Source: Clostridium sp. | GTDB taxonomy: Bacteria; Bacillota; Clostridia; Oscillospirales; Acutalibacteraceae | Length of the DNA: 64,000 nt | Direction: 5' to 3' | Assembly (NCBI RefSeq): GCF_032576335.1 | Contig: NZ_JAWFXC010000013.1 | Location: forward strand, 1,032 to 65,031 | Shown: positions 59,849 to 64,000 of the stretch, piece by piece | Position numbering within the stretch: the stretch's first letter is position 1 | Layout: each line of letters opens with the position of its first letter | Made by a program: the position numbers and the translations under genes | Notes under the pieces: model-generated | The model's database searches: none | What the model was told of the DNA's origin: nothing | What the model saw: the letters and a program-made list of their open reading frames with translations, nothing else

Positions 59849-60790
59849 TTAAGCAGCAGTCGCCAAACGCTGTGCCACTGCCGCTACCACCGGCATCGTA
59901 AAAATAGAAAGCAACGTGCTCATTGCCACCATTTTACAGGCAAGGGGCACATCGTTCCCCAGCTTGATTGCAAACAGAACCGAATTCATACCAACCGGTG
60001 CCGCCATAAGGAGCACAGTGGTAATGAGCACTCCGGAATCAGGCTGAAGAAGCCACAGCGGCACTAAAAACACCGCCGGAACAACAACAAGGCGCAATAC
60101 CGTAACCTTTAAGACCTCTCGGTCTGAAAAAATCTCTTTTATCTTTAGCTGTGCCAAATAGGTGCCTACCACAATCATGGCGAGCGGTGTGTTCATCGCA
60201 CCAACGGAATCCATGGTAGCCATAATCGGCTCCGGCAGCTGTAACGAAAAGGCAAACAAAGGTAGACCCACCGCAAAGCTGATGGTACCGGGGTTGAGCA
60301 AAGCGTTTTTCAGCATCTGCCTGCGGTCATCGCCACCGCCGCCCAGCAGAAGGTACCCATGCGTCCAAGTAAGCAGATTAAAAGCCACGAGGCAGGCCGA
60401 AGCATACACAACGCCTGCATTGCCCAGAATCGCCTGTGCCAGCGGCAAACCCATAAACCCGCAGTTGGTATACACCACACCGTAACGCAGCATCCCGGCT
60501 CGTTTTGGTGATTGTGAGCGAAACAGAAGCTGCATTGCAATGGCAGCAGCAATCATCCCGACCAAAAACAAACCAATAGTTAACAGGATGTTCCCTGTAC
60601 TTACCGAGCCAGAGTTCCCCTGCAACGCGGTGATGATAAGGCAAGGCCCAACAATGTACAAGAGCAGATTCGTCAGCTGTGCAGCGCCGCGTGAAGTAAT
60701 GATGCGCTTATAGTAGCAAAGATACCCCAAGCCCATCATTAAAAACATGACGAACACTTTTTCAGCAACAGTGAGAATCGATGCAAGCAA
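59849..60790 (-). CDS. AEC (auxin efflux carrier)-family transporter
   Basis: NCGFMGLP, NTPLAMIVVG and STLLSIFTMP motifs; about 10 TM. Confidence 0.9.
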   Translation of the reverse strand: MLASILTVAEKVFVMFLMMGLGYLCYYKRIITSRGAAQLTNLLLYIVGPCLIITALQGNSGSVSTGNILLTIGLFLVGMIAAAIAMQLLFRSQSPKRAGMLRYGVVYTNCGFMGLPLAQAILGNAGVVYASACLVAFNLLTWTHGYLLLGGGGDDRRQMLKNALLNPGTISFAVGLPLFAFSLQLPEPIMATMDSVGAMNTPLAMIVVGTYLAQLKIKEIFSDREVLKVTVLRLVVVPAVFLVPLWLLQPDSGVLITTVLLMAAPVGMNSVLFAIKLGNDVPLACKMVAMSTLLSIFTMPVVAAVAQRLATAA

Positions 60791-60792
60791 GG

Positions 60793-61200
60793 TTAGTCCT
60801 CCCTGTGGGTATCCGATGATTTTTCCTCGGGTAAAGTTTCTTTTTCTTCCGCCACTTGCGTCTCTTTCGGTTCTACCGACTCAAGCGCTTCCAGTTCGGT
60901 ATCCTGCGGCATGCTCTGCTCCTCTTTATCGTTCTCAAGCATTGCCTCGGTTCGTTTTTTCTCACGGTAAAAGGCCACACCTACCACAGCCAGAGCTAAT
61001 GCGGTAACTCCGCGCAGTATCCACCCCATATTCCCGGAGAACATGTGGTAATCTGGGTAAAGAATATTGGTCAGCCACCAGCCGCCTAAAAACAAAAAGT
61101 AAATTCCAGCGAAAATAAAAATCTTATTTTCCTGCCGGAGTTTGAAAATCATAATCAACCCTGCCGCAAACCAGATAACGGGGTAAAGATATGCCATCAT
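60793..61200 (-). CDS. Hypothetical membrane protein
   Basis: 3 TM plus acidic tail; AGGAGAG RBS; promoter TTGACA-17-TATACT at about 61322-61350. Confidence 0.75.
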   Translation of the reverse strand: MMAYLYPVIWFAAGLIMIFKLRQENKIFIFAGIYFLFLGGWWLTNILYPDYHMFSGNMGWILRGVTALALAVVGVAFYREKKRTEAMLENDKEEQSMPQDTELEALESVEPKETQVAEEKETLPEEKSSDTHRED

Positions 61201-61241
61201 ACCGTATTCTCTCCTGTTCTTTTCACAGAGAATTTCCCGGG

Positions 61242-61685
61242 TTATTTCGTTACAAGGCGGCAAAAAAGCCTTGCCTGCAAGCCCCTTGCTTTTGAAATAA
61301 AAACCCAAAATAATGTTCTAAGTATAAAACCCCCGGCGGGTAATGTCAAGGATTCCCGCATCGGCGCTAATTTTGAAGCACAATTTGCAAACTCTGGATT
61401 GCGCTGTTGTTGGGGCAAAGCCGCACGCAAATGGCAAGCATGGAGATACCTAGCTCTCAAACGATAATCTTTTTTTACCGCCAGCAAACAGCAGCTCGCG
61501 AGCAAACCTTGCAGCAGGCTTTGCACTGCCTGCATTGCAAAAGCACCGCCCGGCACAAGCAAGCCCACGACTCCAGATAATACGCACAAACCCCAAATTT
61601 CCTTTGTCCTCTTGCAGCAAGGACGCTTCCAAAGAAATACGGCCACTGCAATTACCAGCGTTCCTAAGGTTACCACAGTACTCAT
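61242..61685 (-). CDS. Small membrane protein with LexA-box-like promoter; 3' end doubtful
   Basis: GGAGG RBS, three hydrophobic segments; the ORF tail overlaps the next promoter. Confidence 0.55.
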   Translation of the reverse strand: MSTVVTLGTLVIAVAVFLWKRPCCKRTKEIWGLCVLSGVVGLLVPGGAFAMQAVQSLLQGLLASCCLLAVKKDYRLRARYLHACHLRAALPQQQRNPEFANCASKLAPMRESLTLPAGGFILRTLFWVFISKARGLQARLFCRLVTK

Positions 61686-61704
61686 TTTTATGCCCTCCGA
61701 AAAC

Positions 61705-61756
61705 AGCTCATATGTTCGAATGATGCTATTTTACCAAATGTATGTTCGATTTACAA
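61705..61756 (-). promoter_or_regulatory. sigma-A promoter with two LexA/DinR (Cheo)-like boxes
   Basis: TTGTAA-17-TAAAAT; CGAACATACATTTG in the spacer and CGAACATATGAGCT downstream. Confidence 0.5.
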
Positions 61757-61780
61757 GAGGGTAGAAACTATTTTTTAAAT

Positions 61781-61824
61781 TAGAAAGCAGAGCCACCCCT
61801 ATGTAAGGAGTGCTCTGCTTTCTA
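61781..61824. terminator. Terminator after hppA
   Basis: TAGAAAGCAGAGC...GCTCTGCTTTCTA. Confidence 0.7.
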
Positions 61825-61861
61825 ACCTTTGGACTTAAGACCATGTGTTTTACAGCCTCTT

Positions 61862-63841
61862 TTACAACAAGCTTCCCTTTGATAGGAAAATCGGAGCAAA
61901 TACCAAAGCAATGATAGACATTAGCTTAATCAGCGTATTCAGGGCAGGGCCGGAGGTATCCTTAAACGGATCTCCTACCGTGTCACCTACTACTGCCGCC
62001 TTATGAGCATGGCTGCCTTTACCGCCGTGATTTCCCTGCTCAATATATTTTTTCGCATTATCCCATGCTCCACCGGAGTTTGCCATAAAGATTGCCATCA
62101 TTACGCCGGTAACTAAGGCACCTGCCAATGTGCCGCCCAACGCTTGCACACCCAACAAAAGCCCTACCGCCACTGGAGTCATAATTGCAATTAAACCCGG
62201 GGCAAGCATTTCTTTTAACGCGGCACGCGTAGAAATTGCCACGCATTTTTTATAATCCGGCTTTTGGGTACCGTTCATAATGCCGGGCATGGTGTGAAAC
62301 TGACGACGCACCTCTTCAATCATCTCAAAAGCGGCCTTGCCAACCGATTCCATGGTAAACGCAGAAAACAGGAACGGCATCATACCACCAATGAGTAAGC
62401 CAATCATAACACGGGGCTCTAGAATGCTGATGGAATCAAGCTCAACCGCCTCCGCATACGAAACAAACAGTGAAAGTGCAGTCAGCGCCGCCGAACCAAT
62501 CGCAAAGCCTTTTCCTACTGCCGCTGTGGTGTTACCCACCGCGTCAAGCTGGTCGGTAATCTCACGCACAGAGGAATCCATCCCGCTCATCTCTGCAATA
62601 CCGCCTGCGTTATCTGCAATTGGGCCGTAGGCGTCAATTGCGACCGTAATGCCTGTGGTGGAGAGCATCCCCAAAGCGGCAAGAGCAATCCCATACAAAC
62701 CGCCAACCGAGTAAGACACAAAAATGGCGGCACAAATCGTGAGCAGAGGAATGGTAACGGATGTCATTCCGACTGCAAGACCACTGATGATATTGGTTGC
62801 CGAGCCTGTTTCAGACTGGCGTGCAATTTTTTTTACGAACCCAAAATCTGCAGAAGTGTATACTTCCGTTAACATACCAATCAAAACACCTGCCAGAAGA
62901 CCGGCTACCACTGCAAAGCCGGGCATAAGGCCATCAAACAGCCAGTTGCTGAGCAGGAGAGCGCCAATCATTACGACAATGCTCGCAAAGTGCGTGCCGC
63001 TGTCGAGCACACGCTTGGGATTCTTCTGATCACTCATGCGTATTAAAATCATTCCAATGACAGAAGCAAAAATACCAACTGCCGCCAACAATAGCGGGTA
63101 CAGTGCCCCCTTTTCGCCGAAGACAGCCAAACCCAAAGAAATGGCGGAAACAATGGATACGGAATAGGACTCAAATAAATCGGCACCCATGCCGGCTACG
63201 TCACCTACGTTATCGCCCACATTGTCGGCAATGACCGCCGGGTTACGCGGGTCATCCTCCGGAATACCGGCTTCTACCTTTCCTACCAAGTCGGCGCCTA
63301 CATCTGCCGCTTTGGTGTAAATACCACCGCCCACTCGCGCAAACAGCGCAATGGAGGAAACACCTAAGCTGTAATTAAACAGAATATTGGGGTCGCGTAC
63401 GAAATAATACAGCATTCCTACGCCCAAAAGGCCAAGGCCCACTACGCTAAGCCCGGTTACAGCACCACCGGAAAACGCAATGCCAAGAGCACGGTGCATT
63501 CCGTGCTCTTTTGCCGCATTGGCTGTGCGCACATTTGCGCGGGTAGCGATGTTCATGCCAAAAAAACCTGCCAATATGGAAGAAACCGCTCCCATTAAAA
63601 ATGCGCCTGACCCCAAAAAGCCAGACACTGCTGACATAAGTGCAAATACCACAACAATGAAGACCGCCAGAATCTTGTATTCTGCCCATAAAAAAGCGTT
63701 TGCCCCATCTCGAATTGCCGCAGCAATTTCTCTCATACGCTCCGTGCCTTCCGCTTGTGCGGTTACCTGCCTTGCCAAAATTGCCGCCGAAAGCAGCGCG
63801 ACCAGCGCAGCCCCAGCTGCTAGGTAATAGTACAAATCCAT
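61862..63841 (-). CDS. hppA: K+-dependent, probably Na+-translocating membrane pyrophosphatase
   Basis: [32 protein letters not shown] (Ala marks the K+-dependent type) and [11 protein letters not shown] motifs. Confidence 0.95.
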   Translation of the reverse strand: MDLYYYLAAGAALVALLSAAILARQVTAQAEGTERMREIAAAIRDGANAFLWAEYKILAVFIVVVFALMSAVSGFLGSGAFLMGAVSSILAGFFGMNIATRANVRTANAAKEHGMHRALGIAFSGGAVTGLSVVGLGLLGVGMLYYFVRDPNILFNYSLGVSSIALFARVGGGIYTKAADVGADLVGKVEAGIPEDDPRNPAVIADNVGDNVGDVAGMGADLFESYSVSIVSAISLGLAVFGEKGALYPLLLAAVGIFASVIGMILIRMSDQKNPKRVLDSGTHFASIVVMIGALLLSNWLFDGLMPGFAVVAGLLAGVLIGMLTEVYTSADFGFVKKIARQSETGSATNIISGLAVGMTSVTIPLLTICAAIFVSYSVGGLYGIALAALGMLSTTGITVAIDAYGPIADNAGGIAEMSGMDSSVREITDQLDAVGNTTAAVGKGFAIGSAALTALSLFVSYAEAVELDSISILEPRVMIGLLIGGMMPFLFSAFTMESVGKAAFEMIEEVRRQFHTMPGIMNGTQKPDYKKCVAISTRAALKEMLAPGLIAIMTPVAVGLLLGVQALGGTLAGALVTGVMMAIFMANSGGAWDNAKKYIEQGNHGGKGSHAHKAAVVGDTVGDPFKDTSGPALNTLIKLMSIIALVFAPIFLSKGSLL

Positions 63842-64000
63842 TCTAATTTTCTCCTCTGTATTCGTTTTTCTTAAATGCGGTTGATACATAATTCATCTGT
63901 GCCACGTGCGTTCCCGTAAAGCAAAACCGCATAAAAAAATAAAGATATGTTGCGCAATTATACCATGTTGAAAAGTTGAGAGTCAAGAAACAAGCCATTT

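Overview
Chromosomal window from a spore-forming Clostridia member, probably Oscillospiraceae/Ruminococcaceae-like (inferred from spoVT, sporulation-sigma promoter motifs and gene order). It is mostly housekeeping and metabolic: ychF (partial), TPP riboswitch-thiT, ilvBNC, a GntR/ABC/split-transketolase sugar locus, a YknXYZ-like ABC exporter, apgM, a phospho-sugar mutase, proBA, the rimP-nusA-ylxR-L7Ae-infB-rbfA-nrnA-truB-ribF-rpsO-pnp cluster, spoVT, rpe and a Na+-pyrophosphatase. No rRNA, tRNA, CRISPR array, transposase or prophage was seen. Five things stand out. (1) A four-gene rnfC/D/E/A-like operon has no rnfG/rnfB and has lost most cofactor ligands, suggesting a repurposed Rnf. (2) Two tandem ~150-nt structured non-coding RNAs each have their own promoter and terminator and show compensatory base changes. 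(3) A sigma54-controlled BCCT transporter is paired with a MIO-less histidine-ammonia-lyase homologue, like ergothioneine/hercynine TMA-lyases. (4) A riboswitch-like attenuator precedes an MFS exporter, and a sigK-type anti-SD sRNA candidate lies nearby. (5) nrnA carries an internal deletion and frameshift. All family assignments come from motifs recognised by eye; no database searches were run.
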